From NCBI GenBank assembly GCA_964291215.2, contig OZ219791.1, positions 3,264,001 to 3,328,000 on the forward strand: a stretch of 64,000 nucleotides of DNA, read 5' to 3'. The translations under genes were made by a program, and so were the position numbers. Source of the stretch: Alphaproteobacteria bacterium. Lineage in GTDB: Bacteria > Pseudomonadota > Alphaproteobacteria > MPNO01 > UBA830. Positions 11,242-21,874 of this stretch are shown here, one piece after another; positions within the stretch are counted from its first letter, which is position 1; each line of letters opens with the position of its first letter. The notes beneath the pieces were generated by a model, which saw only the letters and a list, made by a program, of their open reading frames with translations, was not told the DNA's origin and made no database searches.

Positions 11242-12488
11242 CCGGTACCCGGATCCTGACTTTCGGTTGCCGCCTGAACGCCTTCGAGTCCGAGGTGATG
11301 CGGGAGCATGCGGCGGCTGCCGGCCTCTCCGAAACGGTCATCGTCAACAGCTGCGCGGTCACCGCCGAAGCGGAGCGCCAGGTGCGCCAGGCCATCCGCC
11401 GCGCTCGCCGCGAACAGCCCGGTGCGCGGATCGTGGTCACGGGTTGCGCGGCCCAGCTCGATCCCGAAAGGTATGCGGCGATGGAGGAGGTCGATCGGGT
11501 CGTCGGCAATGTCGAGAAGCTGCGCCGCGAGACCTGGGCCGATGGCGAAGATCGGCCGCCCGTCTGGGTGGACGACATCATGGCCGTGCGCGAAACCGCA
11601 TCGCATCTCGTTTCCGGATTCGAGGGCCGCGCGCGCGCCTTCGTCGAGGTCCAGCAGGGGTGCGATCATCGCTGCACCTACTGTGTCATTCCGTTCGCGC
11701 GCGGCAACAACCGGTCGGTCCCGATCGGCATCATCGTCAGCCGCGTCCGCCAGCTGCTGGACAAGGGATTCTGCGAGATAGTGCTGACCGGGGTCGACAT
11801 TACCGGTTATGGTGCGGATCTGCCCGGGCAGCCGACCCTCGGCGCCATGGTCCGCAGGTTGCTCGCGCTCGTCCCGGATCTGCAGAGGCTGCGGTTGAGT
11901 TCTCTCGATCCTGCGGAGATCGATGACGATCTCTGTTCGCTGATTTCGGATGAGCCGCGTCTGATGCCGCATTTTCATCTGAGCGTGCAGTCGGGCGATG
12001 ACCTCGTGCTCAAGCGCATGAAGCGGCGCCACAGCCGCGCCGAGGTGGAAGACCTGGTGGCGAGAATTCGCACGTTGCGTCCGGACGCGGCGTTCGGCGC
12101 CGATATGATCGCCGGATTTCCCACCGAGGACGACAGTGCTTTCGCGAATTCGCTTGCCCTTGTCGAGGATTGCAATCTCGTCTGGCTTCACGTTTTTCCC
12201 TATTCCGCCCGCCCGGGAACTCCGGCGGCATCCATGCCGCAGACGCCGGTGCCGGTGCGGCGGGCGAGGGCAGCGGAGTTGCGCGCCGCCGGCAGGTTGC
12301 AGGCCGGGCGTTTTCTGGATGCGTGTGTCGGGAAGATCGTCGACGTGCTTGTCGAGCAGGACGGGGAAGGACGTTCGCCGAATTTTGCGGTTGTGCGTCT
12401 CGATGAAGAGGTGTCTCCGGGCACGCTGGTGTCCGCGCGGGTTGTTGCCCGGCAAGACGACAAGTTGCTGGCGCGCAAGGCGGCATGA
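11238..12488 (+). CDS. mtaB: tRNA (t6A37)-methylthiotransferase, radical SAM
   Basis: TFGCRLN, NSCAVT, GCAAQ, radical SAM CDHRCTYC, HVFPYSARPGT. Conserved dapF-mtaB-ftsY order. Confidence 0.93.
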   Translation: MTGTRILTFGCRLNAFESEVMREHAAAAGLSETVIVNSCAVTAEAERQVRQAIRRARREQPGARIVVTGCAAQLDPERYAAMEEVDRVVGNVEKLRRETWADGEDRPPVWVDDIMAVRETASHLVSGFEGRARAFVEVQQGCDHRCTYCVIPFARGNNRSVPIGIIVSRVRQLLDKGFCEIVLTGVDITGYGADLPGQPTLGAMVRRLLALVPDLQRLRLSSLDPAEIDDDLCSLISDEPRLMPHFHLSVQSGDDLVLKRMKRRHSRAEVEDLVARIRTLRPDAAFGADMIAGFPTEDDSAFANSLALVEDCNLVWLHVFPYSARPGTPAASMPQTPVPVRRARAAELRAAGRLQAGRFLDACVGKIVDVLVEQDGEGRSPNFAVVRLDEEVSPGTLVSARVVARQDDKLLARKAA

Positions 12489-13426
12489 GCGGGGAGCCCG
12501 AAGAAAGGCGGGGATGGCTCGCGCGTCTCCGTGCCGGGCTTCAGCGCTCCTCGTCGCGCCTGTCCGATGGCATCGGCGCCATCTTTTCGGGGCGCCGGCT
12601 GGACACTGCCACGCTCGAGGAGCTCGAGGAGCTCCTGATCATGTCGGATCTCGGTGTCGATGTCGCGGAGCGCGTATCGCGCATGCTGTCGAGTCGGCGT
12701 CTGGGCAAGGATGTTTCGGCGGACGAGATTCGCGAGGCGCTGGCCTCGGAGATCGCGGAAATACTCGAACCGGTTGCCATGCCACTGACAATCGACCCGT
12801 CGTGCAGGCCGCATGTGATCCTCGTCGTCGGTGTCAACGGGTCGGGGAAAACGACCACGATCGGCAAACTTGCCCGGCAGTTTCGTGCCGAGGGGCGATC
12901 GGTCATGCTGGCGGCCGGCGATACTTTCCGCGCTGCCGCCATAGATCAGCTTCGCATCTGGGGTGAACGGAGCGGCGTCCCTGTGATCGCCCGCGATCCG
13001 GGCTCGGACGCCGCCAGTCTCGCTTTCGAGGCTATAGATGCCGCGCGCGCCCGGGATGCGGAGATTCTCATCATAGATACGGCCGGGCGCCTTCAGAATC
13101 GTGACGATCTGATGCAGCAGTTGCAGAAGGTGATCCGGGTAATCTCCAAGCAGGATGAAACGGCGCCACATGACTGCCTGCTGGTTCTTGATGCGACTAC
13201 CGGGCAGAACGCCCTCTCACAGGTCGAGACCTTTCGTAACCTGTGCGCCGTCAGCGGCCTCGTGATCACCAAGCTTGACGGGTCTGCGCGCGGAGGTGTT
13301 CTGGTCGCACTAGCCGAGCGGTTTGGCCTGCCGGTGCATGCCGTTGGGGTGGGTGAAGGCGAGGACGATCTCAGGCCGTTCGAAGCAGGGGAATTTGCGC
13401 GCAGCCTGGTTGGGATGGATGGCTGA
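12485..13426 (+). CDS. ftsY: Signal recognition particle receptor FtsY
   Basis: GVNGSGKTTT, DTFRAAA, DTAGRLQN, TKLDG. Confidence 0.96.
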   Translation: MSGEPEERRGWLARLRAGLQRSSSRLSDGIGAIFSGRRLDTATLEELEELLIMSDLGVDVAERVSRMLSSRRLGKDVSADEIREALASEIAEILEPVAMPLTIDPSCRPHVILVVGVNGSGKTTTIGKLARQFRAEGRSVMLAAGDTFRAAAIDQLRIWGERSGVPVIARDPGSDAASLAFEAIDAARARDAEILIIDTAGRLQNRDDLMQQLQKVIRVISKQDETAPHDCLLVLDATTGQNALSQVETFRNLCAVSGLVITKLDGSARGGVLVALAERFGLPVHAVGVGEGEDDLRPFEAGEFARSLVGMDG

Positions 13427-13782
13427 CCGTTGGCTTGGCGTGGACCGGCGCCTCACCAATCCGGACGGGGTTCTCAGGGCGATCCGGTCCCGTCCAACAG
13501 CGCATTGCAGGCCTGACTCCGAGGCCAGGCCTCGGTTGCCACTACCATTACCGTTGGGAGATTGCACCGCGGTAAGCTGTTGCGGCTCGGGTGTTGCACA
13601 AGTTTTCCCCCTCTGCCCCTCTCGATTCCGCCTAGGAACAGCTTCAGTTCCTTCAACATCAAGCTTATGCAACGCCTTTGTCGGCTTCAAGCCACTATTT
13701 CGCCGTCGCGCGGCATGGACCCTGCTGCACGTTGCGGCTTCGGAACGCAGATGGTCAGGGCGGTTTCACTTCAAGGTCGAAC

Positions 13783-15263
13783 GTATCTACTCACCCCTAA
13801 TTGGGTTCTGATTGGTCGTAGTGCTCGTTGATGATGTCTGCGGCTTTTCCGTCGAGGGCGATCTGGGTGGCGACGAGTGGGTTGTAGCCGAGTGCGGCCA
13901 TGGAGGTGAGGTAGCTTGAGCCCCGGCACCATGCTTTTGCGTGGAGCGGAAGCATCCGGACACCTTGACCTTTGCCATCCTGATTTTCTGTTCTCCGGCA
14001 TTGTTGGTGAAGCTGACGTTGGGGTCGTCTGTGAAGCGCAGGTTTTCGTGTTTCACGAGACGTTCGTGCAGGTTGTGCGCGTTTGCGTCCACGTTTTCCT
14101 TTCGGCGGGATGTCGGGCAGTTCCCTGGCGCCCTGATGGTGCGGTAGCGCTTGCGCCCGGCGTCGTTCAGGGTCTTGGATGCGCTCTTGTTGACCTTGTG
14201 GCAGGGAGCAGGCTCTTCATCAGTCGCGCGGTAGCCTCGACGACAAAGGTCAGTTCGCGCAGCAGGTGGCTGCCGCACAACTGGTGGCTACACTGCCATG
14301 TACGAGGCCCAGGACGCCCTTGTAGCACGGGCCGATCTCTTGCCCGCGCTTGCGGTGCGGGAACTTGCACGTCAGGGTCCCACGACATGGAGCCACTTAC
14401 TGTTGATCCGAAATCGTCGACATCGGGCGTTGCAGGAGGTGCGCCACGGCGGCCTCCTCCCATGACGCATCGTGAAAGCATGGCCGAGGCCTCGGAGAGC
14501 TTGATGCCGGAGATCGCCTGCACGAGCGCGACGGCGCAGGGACAGCATCTGGGCGACCAGCAGGTTGATGACGAGGGCTTGGATGCCGATGCCGTACTGC
14601 ACGGGATGTTGTCGGGGAACCGGCCCCGGGCCTTGCACTTCGGGCATTCCTTGATCTCGGCGCGGCGCTCGACGACCTCGAACACGATGTCGTGCGGCGC
14701 TCCCGATCGACGGGGGCGTCGATGTCGGCGCCGCAGGCGTCGCAGGCCGCGACCGTCTCCTCGACGATGGTCTTGCGCAGTTTGTCGCCCATCTGCCGGT
14801 TCGGCTTCGGGCCGTTGCTTCCGGCACGCTTTTGTCCGTCTGTGACGACGGCAGACCGGAGTTCCGGCTCGTGCGTAGTCTTCTCCAGAAGGACGACGAT
14901 GATGATGTCGAGCAGGATGACGAGGACGCGGATCACGGCCTCTTCCGCCACCTTGCCGGCAGCGCCGCGGTCTTGGCCGCTTCGAACTCCTCGCGCGCCG
15001 CCCGTCGCCATCACCCGGCCTTGCGTTTCATCAGCGCGCCGCCTCCGAGATGCGTTTCCACATACAGATCATGCGGGGGCTGGAGCCCCGGAAGCAGCTG
15101 GCACAGCCCGCTCGTCGCCTTCGATCCAAAGTAGCCCACTGGCGGTCCCCGTCGTTCTCGATTACCACCACTAAACGAATCGGCCTGCAGTGTCAAATCT
15201 CCACGAAAACCCGTTCGTTGCTCTACCCCGACATCAAGCCGGAACCAGGGGGTGAGCAGTTAC
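13783..15263 (-). mobile_element. IS66-family element, copy 1 (eroded transposase, MTase fragment at left end)
   Basis: Ends GTATCTACTCACCCC (13783) and GGGGTGAGCAGTTAC (to 15263). 8-bp TSD GGTCGAAC at 13775-13782 and 15264-15271. TnpC-like fragments (HQLCGSHLLREL, FTNNAGEQKIRMAKVK.SGCFRS) are spread over shifting frames. Confidence 0.92.
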
Positions 15264-15271
15264 GGTCGAAC

Positions 15272-16193
15272 ATTACCTCCGTCGGCGATCTCAGGACTTT
15301 CCGAGTGTTGAGCCGATCCTGCACCTTCTGAACATCTTCGTTGCATGTCGCGCGAAAGTCCGTGCCCTTCGGGAAGTACTCCCGCACCAGGCCGTTGGTG
15401 TGCTCATTCAAGCCGCGCTCCCGGGAATGGAAAGGCGAAGAAGAAATCTGCGTCAAGTGCGACACGCCTGTGGTCTGCGAACTCCTTGCCGTTGTCTGAC
15501 GTGATTGTGTGGACCAATAGCGCACCAGAGCCGAGCAGGCGGATCATACCGACCGTGTCTTTCTGTCCACCCAGCAAGGCGTATTTCGTGGCACGATCAA
15601 CCAGCGACATCACAGCTCCACTGTGAGCTTTGCCGATGATGGCTCCCAGTCGCCGACCCGTTCCTTTGCCTCCGCAGGGCGCTCGGAAATGTCCACCCGG
15701 CCGGAATGGCATCCGCCCTTCCAGTTCGGCTTCTTGCCGCGCCGCCGAAGCTTCAAGACGCCCCCGGCTCTCCGATCTTCGGCGATCATGGATCCGTTCA
15801 CGGCCCTCCAGTCGAAAACGGCCGCTGCTCGGGGCCCTCCCGCAGCTTTTTCTGAGCTTCAACCCGAGGCGTCAACCGCCAGGAAACAAACGAGGCTGCC
15901 CTGCGTTTCTGCCATCCTTTGCGCCTGCTTGTGACGGTAACCCCGTCCCCCGGTGTTGCGCTTGATCTCCCGGAAAATTGTTGATCGGCCCAGCTGCCGA
16001 GCAATCGCACCTTGTGAAAGACCGCTTTTCTGCCTCAATCTGACATCGCTCTTCGTAGGTGACGGTAGCCTTTGGACATGAACAAGCTCCCTTCATCTTG
16101 TAGAGGGGCTCTCGCCGCTACCGCTCCGCAACATCATGCGTCTAAAAACACATGGCCACAGCCCATCATGTGTTGCACTTCACTATGGAACGG
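15272..16193 (-). mobile_element. IS30-family element remnant (frameshifted), interrupted near its 3' end by IS66 copy 1
   Basis: Fragments MSKGY..TYEERCQIE (start near 16079), VGDWE..IIGKAHSGAVMSLVDR, TITSDNGKEF, ERGLNEHTNGLVREYFPKGTDF, DRLNTRKVL. TGTTGCACTT-like end at about 16171. Right end not identified. Confidence 0.85.
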
Positions 16194-16235
16194 GGGTTCA
16201 GAAAATGGAGTGGCATCGGAGTTTTTCAGCAGCCT

Positions 16236-16497
16236 GGATTACGCAACCTGATGTCTGGAAATTGTCGTGAAGCTGATCGAACTGTTCCCATTTGATCTTG
16301 GTTTCGGTTTCCCATTTTTCGTCGATGAGGACCGCGGTTGAGAGGCGCTCCAACGAGGCGAGGTTCGGAAAGACCCTGACTTTGGAGGTGCGCCGCTTGA
16401 GCTCTTGCTGGATCGGCCGCTCGATACCGTTCGAGGTTCGCATGCGCTTGCGGTGAGCATTGGGCAAGGTGAAGACAGCGAGCCCCGCATTCTTTTC
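16236..16497 (-). mobile_element. IS256-family 3' fragment, truncated by a second copy of the same IS
   Basis: Begins with IR GGATTACGCAACCTGATGTCTGGAAATTGTC. Encodes HRKRMRTSNGIERPIQQELKRRT..VFPN. Confidence 0.85.
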
Positions 16498-17731
16498 GGT
16501 ACTGTAACTTGATGTCTGGAAATTTGTCTGAGGTTTGCGCTTTGAGGTGTTTCACTGGGGGGCTAGCCCCCTAGTGAAACGCGGCGCCATCGTGCTATCC
16601 CATGGAGTTGTAAAACCTTCATGGAGGAAGCGAATGGAGCTGCGACACACTACGACGATTGAGGCCGTTTTGGAACATCTGATCGCAAACGGAGCAACGG
16701 ATCTGGGGCGGGTCTTTGGTCAGCTCTTCGAGCTTGCGATGCAAATCGAGCGCGAGCAGTACTTGAAAGCGGGCCACCGGACACCGGAGCGACAGGGCTA
16801 TGCCAACGGCTATAAGCCCAAACGGATCGACACCCCCCTGTTGCCGTTCAGGTGCCAAACGGTCACGGGGACGACCCCCCCAGTCGCTTGAACGCGGCCA
16901 GCGATCTTCTCGCGCCGTAGCCGAGATGTACATCAAGGGTGTTTCCACACGGCAGGATGTAATGCGCGAGTTCGGGAGCCTGTCCTCTTCTCAGGGGGCC
17001 ACCAGGTTGCTCGATGAAGAACTCGCCGCGCAACCGGCCCCTGATGAAATACCTGATCCTGGATGCGCGCTACGAAAAAGCCCGCCATGACGGCGTTGTG
17101 CGCGATGTCGCAGTACTCTCGGCCATCGGAATAGGGGCCGCAGGCACGTTCTGGGGCTCTTTGTGGCGCTCTCCGAGGCCGAGGTCCATTGGAGAGCCTT
17201 CCTGGAAAGCTTGCTAGCCCTGCATGGTACGACCTTCATCGTCTCGGATGACCATGCTGGGCTGAAAGCGGCACGGTGCTGGGCGCGGCGACATGGCAGC
17301 GCTGCCAGTTCCACCTGGCGCAAAACGCCGTGCACCGAACAACGACATCAGGAAACGTATTGGAAAACAGCTCGGAGCCATGCGTCCTCACTCCAAACCG
17401 CCGAGGCTGAACCGGGCGCCCTCGTGGCCAGCTATCGCGACAAGCATCCAAGCTTCCTGGCTGGAAAAGAATGCGGGGCTCGCTGTCTTCACCTTGCCCG
17501 ATGCTCACCGCAAACGTATGCGAACCTCGAACGGCATCGAGCGGCCGATCCAGCAAGAGCTCAAGCGGCGCACCTCCAAAGTCAGGGTCTTTCCGAACCT
17601 CGCCTCGTTGGAGCGCCTCTCAACCGCGGTCCTCATCGACGAAAAATGGGAAACCGAAACCAAGATCAAATGGGAACAGCTCGATGACTGAGAGCTTCAC
17701 GACAATTTCCAGACATCAGGTTGCGTAATCC
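16498..17731 (+). mobile_element. IS256-family element, copy A (frameshifted transposase)
   Basis: IRs GGTACTGTAACTTGATGTCTGGAAATTTGTC and GACAATTTCCAGACATCAGGTTGCGTAATCC. Fragments NGYKPKR, EMYIKGVSTR, YLILDARYEK, SDDHAGLKAA, TSNGIER. No TSD at the flanks. Confidence 0.9.
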
Positions 17732-18375
17732 AAGTTCCCGCACCGCAAGCGCGGCCGGGAGGCAAGAGATCGGCATCATCCCGTGCTACAAGGGCGTCCT
17801 GGGCCTCGTACATGGGCCAGTGTAGCCACCAGCTGTGCGGCAGCCACCTGCTGCGCGAACTGACCTTTGTCGTCGAGGCTACCGCTGGGCGCGACTGATG
17901 AAGAGCCTGCTCCGCGAGATCTGCCACAAGGTCAACAAGAGCGCATCCAAAACCCTGAACGAGGCCGACCTCCGGGCCGTGCGCAAGCGCTACCGCACCA
18001 TCCTCACGCAGGGCGCCAGGGAACTGCCCGACATCCCGCCGAAAGGAAAACGTGGACGCAAGTCCGACGCGCACAACCTGCACGAACGTCTCGTGAAACA
18101 CGAGAAGTCCGTCCTGCGCTTCATAGACGACCCCAACGTCAGCTTCACCAACAATGCCGGAGAACAGAAGATCAGGATGGCAAAGGTCAAGCTCAAGGTG
18201 TCCGGGTGCTTCCGCTCCACGCAAAAGCATGGTGCCGGAGCTCAAGCTACCTCACCTCCATGGCGGCACTCGGCTACAACCCACTCGTCGCCACCCAGAT
18301 CGCCCTCGACGGAAAAGCCGCAGACATCATCAACGAGCACTATGAATCAGAACCCAACAAGGGGTGAGTAGATAC
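17732..18375 (+). mobile_element. IS66-family copy 2, 3' half only
   Basis: Same sequence as copy 1 with fewer deletions. Ends GGGGTGAGTAGATAC at 18361-18375. The 5' half is missing at the IS256 junction. Confidence 0.88.
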
Positions 18376-18686
18376 TTTCACCGAATAGTCGCACCCGAAC
18401 CCATCCAGCGCTCGCCGGTCGATCCCGATCGAGCGCCGGCGCCTTGCGCTTCATCAGCGCGCCGCCTCCCGGATGCGTTTCCACATACAGATCATGCGGA
18501 GGCTGGAGCTCCGGAAGCAACTGGCACAGCCCGCTCGTCGCCCTGAATTCAAAGTAGCCCGCTGGCGGTCCCCGTCGTTCTCGATGACCACCACTAAACG
18601 AATCGGTCTTCCGTGTCAAATCTCCACGAAAACCCGTTTGTTACTCTACCCCGACATCAAGCCGGAACCAGGGGGTGAGCAGTTAC
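18376..18686 (-). mobile_element. IS66-family left end carrying a longer DNA adenine methyltransferase fragment
   Basis: Left IR ends at 18686. Translation gives GYF..ATSGLCQ..PPHDLYVETHPGGGALMKRKAPAL and continues in another frame as SIGIDRRALDGFGCDYSVK. It is cut by the right end of copy 2. Confidence 0.75.
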
Positions 18687-18846
18687 GCTTTTTCAAGGCT
18701 GAACCTTGGCCCCGGAGTGTCGGAGTTATTTTTGCTCTGCTTACTGCGGAGCGATCATAGACACTGCACCAATCGGGATGAGGCGACCGAATCCACTGGC
18801 ACTGCCACGAGCCCGTACATTTCTTGTCGGCGGCAGAAAAGAATGG

Positions 18847-20160
18847 CTATCGCTCGGGAATGAGGCCCCGCGGCGAGAACCTGAGCACCAGCAGCAGGAT
18901 GACGCCCATGGTCAGAAGGCGCATGTAGGCCGCCGAGTTCAGGAGGTGGGCGCGAAGGCCGCTGTCCTCCGGCATTCCGGCGGTCACCGTGTGCATGAGC
19001 CACAGCCCGAGGGGCTCCACTTCCACCCACAGGAACCAGATCAGCATGCCGCCGAGCACGGCGCCGAAATTGTTTCCCGAACCGCCGATGATGACCATGA
19101 CCCACACCAGGAAGGTGAAGCGTAGCGGCTGGTAGGATCCCGGGGTCAACTGCCCGTCGAGCGTCGTCATCATCGCTCCGGCAATTCCGCATACCGCCGA
19201 ACCGAGGACAAAGGTCTGGAGATGTCGGGCGGTTACATCCTTGCCCATAGCCTCCGCGGCGGCCTCGTTGTCGCGAATTGCGCGCATCATGCGACCCCAG
19301 GGGGAATAGAGCGCTCTCTGCGAGAGCCAGAGGACGACGGCAAGGACGATGGCGAACAGGATGGCGTAAGACAGCTTGACGTAGGCCGACGAGAGATCGA
19401 TGGGGTCGAGCCCGAGGCGGGTTGCCCAAGCGACGAAGTCCGGTGATCGCTGAAGCTCGACCTCGTAGGCGACCGGGCGCGGAAGGCCGACAACATTCTT
19501 CACGCCGCGTGACAGCCAGTCCTCGTTTTTCAGCACGAAAATGATGATCTCCGCTATGCCGAAGGTAGCGATTGCGAGATAATCGGTTCGGAGTCCGAGC
19601 GCGGTCTTGCCGACAAGCCAGGCCGCGCCCGCTGCGAGAAGTCCGCCGACCGGCCATGCGAGGAGAATTGGCAGCCCGAGGCCTCCCAGATAACCCGTCG
19701 CGGCGGGATTGACCGCTTCGATCGCGGCCACCGCGGGGTCGAAGACAAAACGGTAGGCGAAGAAGCCTGCAAGCAGCGTTGCCGCAAGCGCCAGCCAGCG
19801 CTTTCGCCTGGGCGCCATACGTTTCCACAGAAGGATCGCGGCGCCGATTGATCCGGCGCCGACGGCGAGCGCGACGAGAACGCGCGCGCCACCGGCCGCC
19901 CAGGCGGCGGATACCGGTGGCATCGAGACCAGCACCGCCGCCAGCCCGCCGAGGGCAACAAAACCCATCGTCCCGAAATTGAACAACCCGGCATAGCCCC
20001 ACTGGACGTTCAGGCCCAGGCTCATGATGGCCGAGATCAGGCAGAGGTTGAGGATTGTCAGCGCCACCGTCCAGCTCTGGATCAAACCGACGCCAACCAT
20101 CAGGAGAGAGAATACCGCATAGAGGACGAGAATCCGTGTGCGTGAATTTGTCGCGCTCAT
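18847..20160 (-). CDS. livM: Branched-chain amino acid ABC transporter permease (LivM-like)
   Basis: LGLNVQWGYAGLFNFG, LRTDYLAIAT, SPWGRMMRAIRDNE, GGSGNNFGAVLG. Confidence 0.88.
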   Translation of the reverse strand: MSATNSRTRILVLYAVFSLLMVGVGLIQSWTVALTILNLCLISAIMSLGLNVQWGYAGLFNFGTMGFVALGGLAAVLVSMPPVSAAWAAGGARVLVALAVGAGSIGAAILLWKRMAPRRKRWLALAATLLAGFFAYRFVFDPAVAAIEAVNPAATGYLGGLGLPILLAWPVGGLLAAGAAWLVGKTALGLRTDYLAIATFGIAEIIIFVLKNEDWLSRGVKNVVGLPRPVAYEVELQRSPDFVAWATRLGLDPIDLSSAYVKLSYAILFAIVLAVVLWLSQRALYSPWGRMMRAIRDNEAAAEAMGKDVTARHLQTFVLGSAVCGIAGAMMTTLDGQLTPGSYQPLRFTFLVWVMVIIGGSGNNFGAVLGGMLIWFLWVEVEPLGLWLMHTVTAGMPEDSGLRAHLLNSAAYMRLLTMGVILLLVLRFSPRGLIPER

Positions 20161-21170
20161 GTCGCGCGCCCCCTGAGGATGCCCGTGGGCATGAACAGCA
20201 GGACGAGGATGAGAATCCCGAAGGAGACCGCGAGCTTGTAATCCGTCGACAGCAACTGTACGAGCCCTTCGGGGTCGAGGCTGTCCGGAAGGATGTAGGT
20301 AAGAACCTTCTTGAACGCGTAGGTGATCAGTATTTCGGAATAGGCGACCACGAAGCCGCCGACAATGGCGCCGACGGGATTGCCGAGCCCCCCTACGATG
20401 GCGGCGGCAAACATCGGAAGCAGGAGTTGGAAGTAGGTGAGCGGCACGAAACCCTTGTCAAGCCCGTACAACGTGCCCGCAATGGTGGCGAGGGCCGCGG
20501 TGAGAATCCAAGTGATGGCGACGACCCGTTCGGAACTGATGCCGCAGAGGAGGGCGAGATCCTCGTTGTCGGACAGCGCCCGCATCGATTTTCCGGTGCG
20601 GGTGCGCTGGAGAAACCAGAACATCGCGGCGACGACGATGACCGCGGTGACGATGGCGATGGTCTGGGCGACATTGATCGACAGCCCCTCGGACAGGCCT
20701 GTCGCCTGCTTGAACTCGCGCGCCCTGACGATGAAGCGGGCGCCGTCGGCAAAGTGCTGATGATCCGGTCCGATGATCAGGCGGATGATGCCGTTGAGGA
20801 CGAACATCACCCCGACGGACACGATCGTGAAGATGACTGGGTCGCTCCGCCTGCGCCGATAATACCGGTAGACGACGCGGTCGGTGACGTGCAGCAGAAC
20901 GACGGTGGCGGCAATCGCGGCGGGCAGGGCGAGAACGGCCGTTGGCAAGGGGCCCAGACTCACGCCGAGTCCCTGCAGCCACCAGGTCAGCAGCACCGTC
21001 ACCATGGTGCCGAAAGCCATGGTGTCGCCGTGAGCGAAGTTGGAGAAACGCAGGATGCCGTAGACGAGGGTTATGCCGAGCGCTCCGAGTGCGATCTGGC
21101 TCCCGTACGCGGTGGCCGGGAAGAGCACGAAATTGCAGAGCACTAGAACCGCATTGAGAAAGTCCATCAT
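20157..21170 (-). CDS. livH: Branched-chain amino acid ABC transporter permease (LivH-like)
   Basis: ALGITLVYGILRFSNFAHGD, TRTGKSMRA, FAAAIVGGLG. Confidence 0.88.
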   Translation of the reverse strand: MMDFLNAVLVLCNFVLFPATAYGSQIALGALGITLVYGILRFSNFAHGDTMAFGTMVTVLLTWWLQGLGVSLGPLPTAVLALPAAIAATVVLLHVTDRVVYRYYRRRRSDPVIFTIVSVGVMFVLNGIIRLIIGPDHQHFADGARFIVRAREFKQATGLSEGLSINVAQTIAIVTAVIVVAAMFWFLQRTRTGKSMRALSDNEDLALLCGISSERVVAITWILTAALATIAGTLYGLDKGFVPLTYFQLLLPMFAAAIVGGLGNPVGAIVGGFVVAYSEILITYAFKKVLTYILPDSLDPEGLVQLLSTDYKLAVSFGILILVLLFMPTGILRGRAT

Positions 21171-21874
21171 CAGTCTCCGAGAAAAGACCCTCGGACTTCG
21201 GGGTCGAGCAGCAGTTCGCTACCGTCATCGGTATACAGGTTCCGTCCATGCACGAGGACATAGCCGGTGTCAGCGATTGCCAGTGCCTGGCGTGCGTTCT
21301 GTTCGACCATGAGCACGGATACGCCGGTGTGCACGATCTCCATGATCTTGAACATGATCTCGTCCTTGACCGCGGGCGAAACCCCGGCCGTCGGCTCGTC
21401 CAGCATCAGGACCTTCGGCAGGGTCATCAGCGCCCGCCCGATCGCCACCTGCTGGCGCTGGCCACCTGACAGTTCTCCGGCTAACTGGCGGCGTTTTTCG
21501 CTCAGGACAGGAAACAGCTCGTAGACCTCCTCCAAGGTTTTCCGGATGTCGTCGCGGCGGATGAATGCCCCCATCTCGAGGTTTTCCTCGACCGTCATGG
21601 TCGTGAACACGTTGTTCGTCTGCGGCACGAAGGCCATGCCCCTGATCACCCGTTCCTGCGGCGACAGGCCGGTGATGTCCTCTCCGTCGATATGCACGGA
21701 GCCGTGCTTCAGCGTGAGCATGCCGAAGATCGCTTTCATTGCCGTCGATTTGCCGGCGCCGTTCGGTCCCACGATGACGGAGATCTCGCCGGCCTCGGCG
21801 GCGATCGTGCAGTCATTGAGGATGTCGGGGCCGCCGTAGCCGCCGGTCATGCTCTCGCCGACGAGAAGACTCAT
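21170..21874 (-). CDS. livF: ABC ATPase (LivF-like)
   Basis: GPNGAGKST, LSGGQRQ, LDEP, VEQN. Confidence 0.9.
   Translation of the reverse strand: MSLLVGESMTGGYGGPDILNDCTIAAEAGEISVIVGPNGAGKSTAMKAIFGMLTLKHGSVHIDGEDITGLSPQERVIRGMAFVPQTNNVFTTMTVEENLEMGAFIRRDDIRKTLEEVYELFPVLSEKRRQLAGELSGGQRQQVAIGRALMTLPKVLMLDEPTAGVSPAVKDEIMFKIMEIVHTGVSVLMVEQNARQALAIADTGYVLVHGRNLYTDDGSELLLDPEVRGSFLGD

Noticed and set aside
13430-13774. Short ORFs and a possible IS30 right end after ftsY
   Set aside because: No recognisable protein, and similarity to the IS30 left end is too weak to call.
16498-17731. Programmed ribosomal frameshifting to explain the broken IS256 and IS66 frames
   Set aside because: Breaks are numerous, differ between copies and remove conserved residues, so they are deletions rather than slippery sites.
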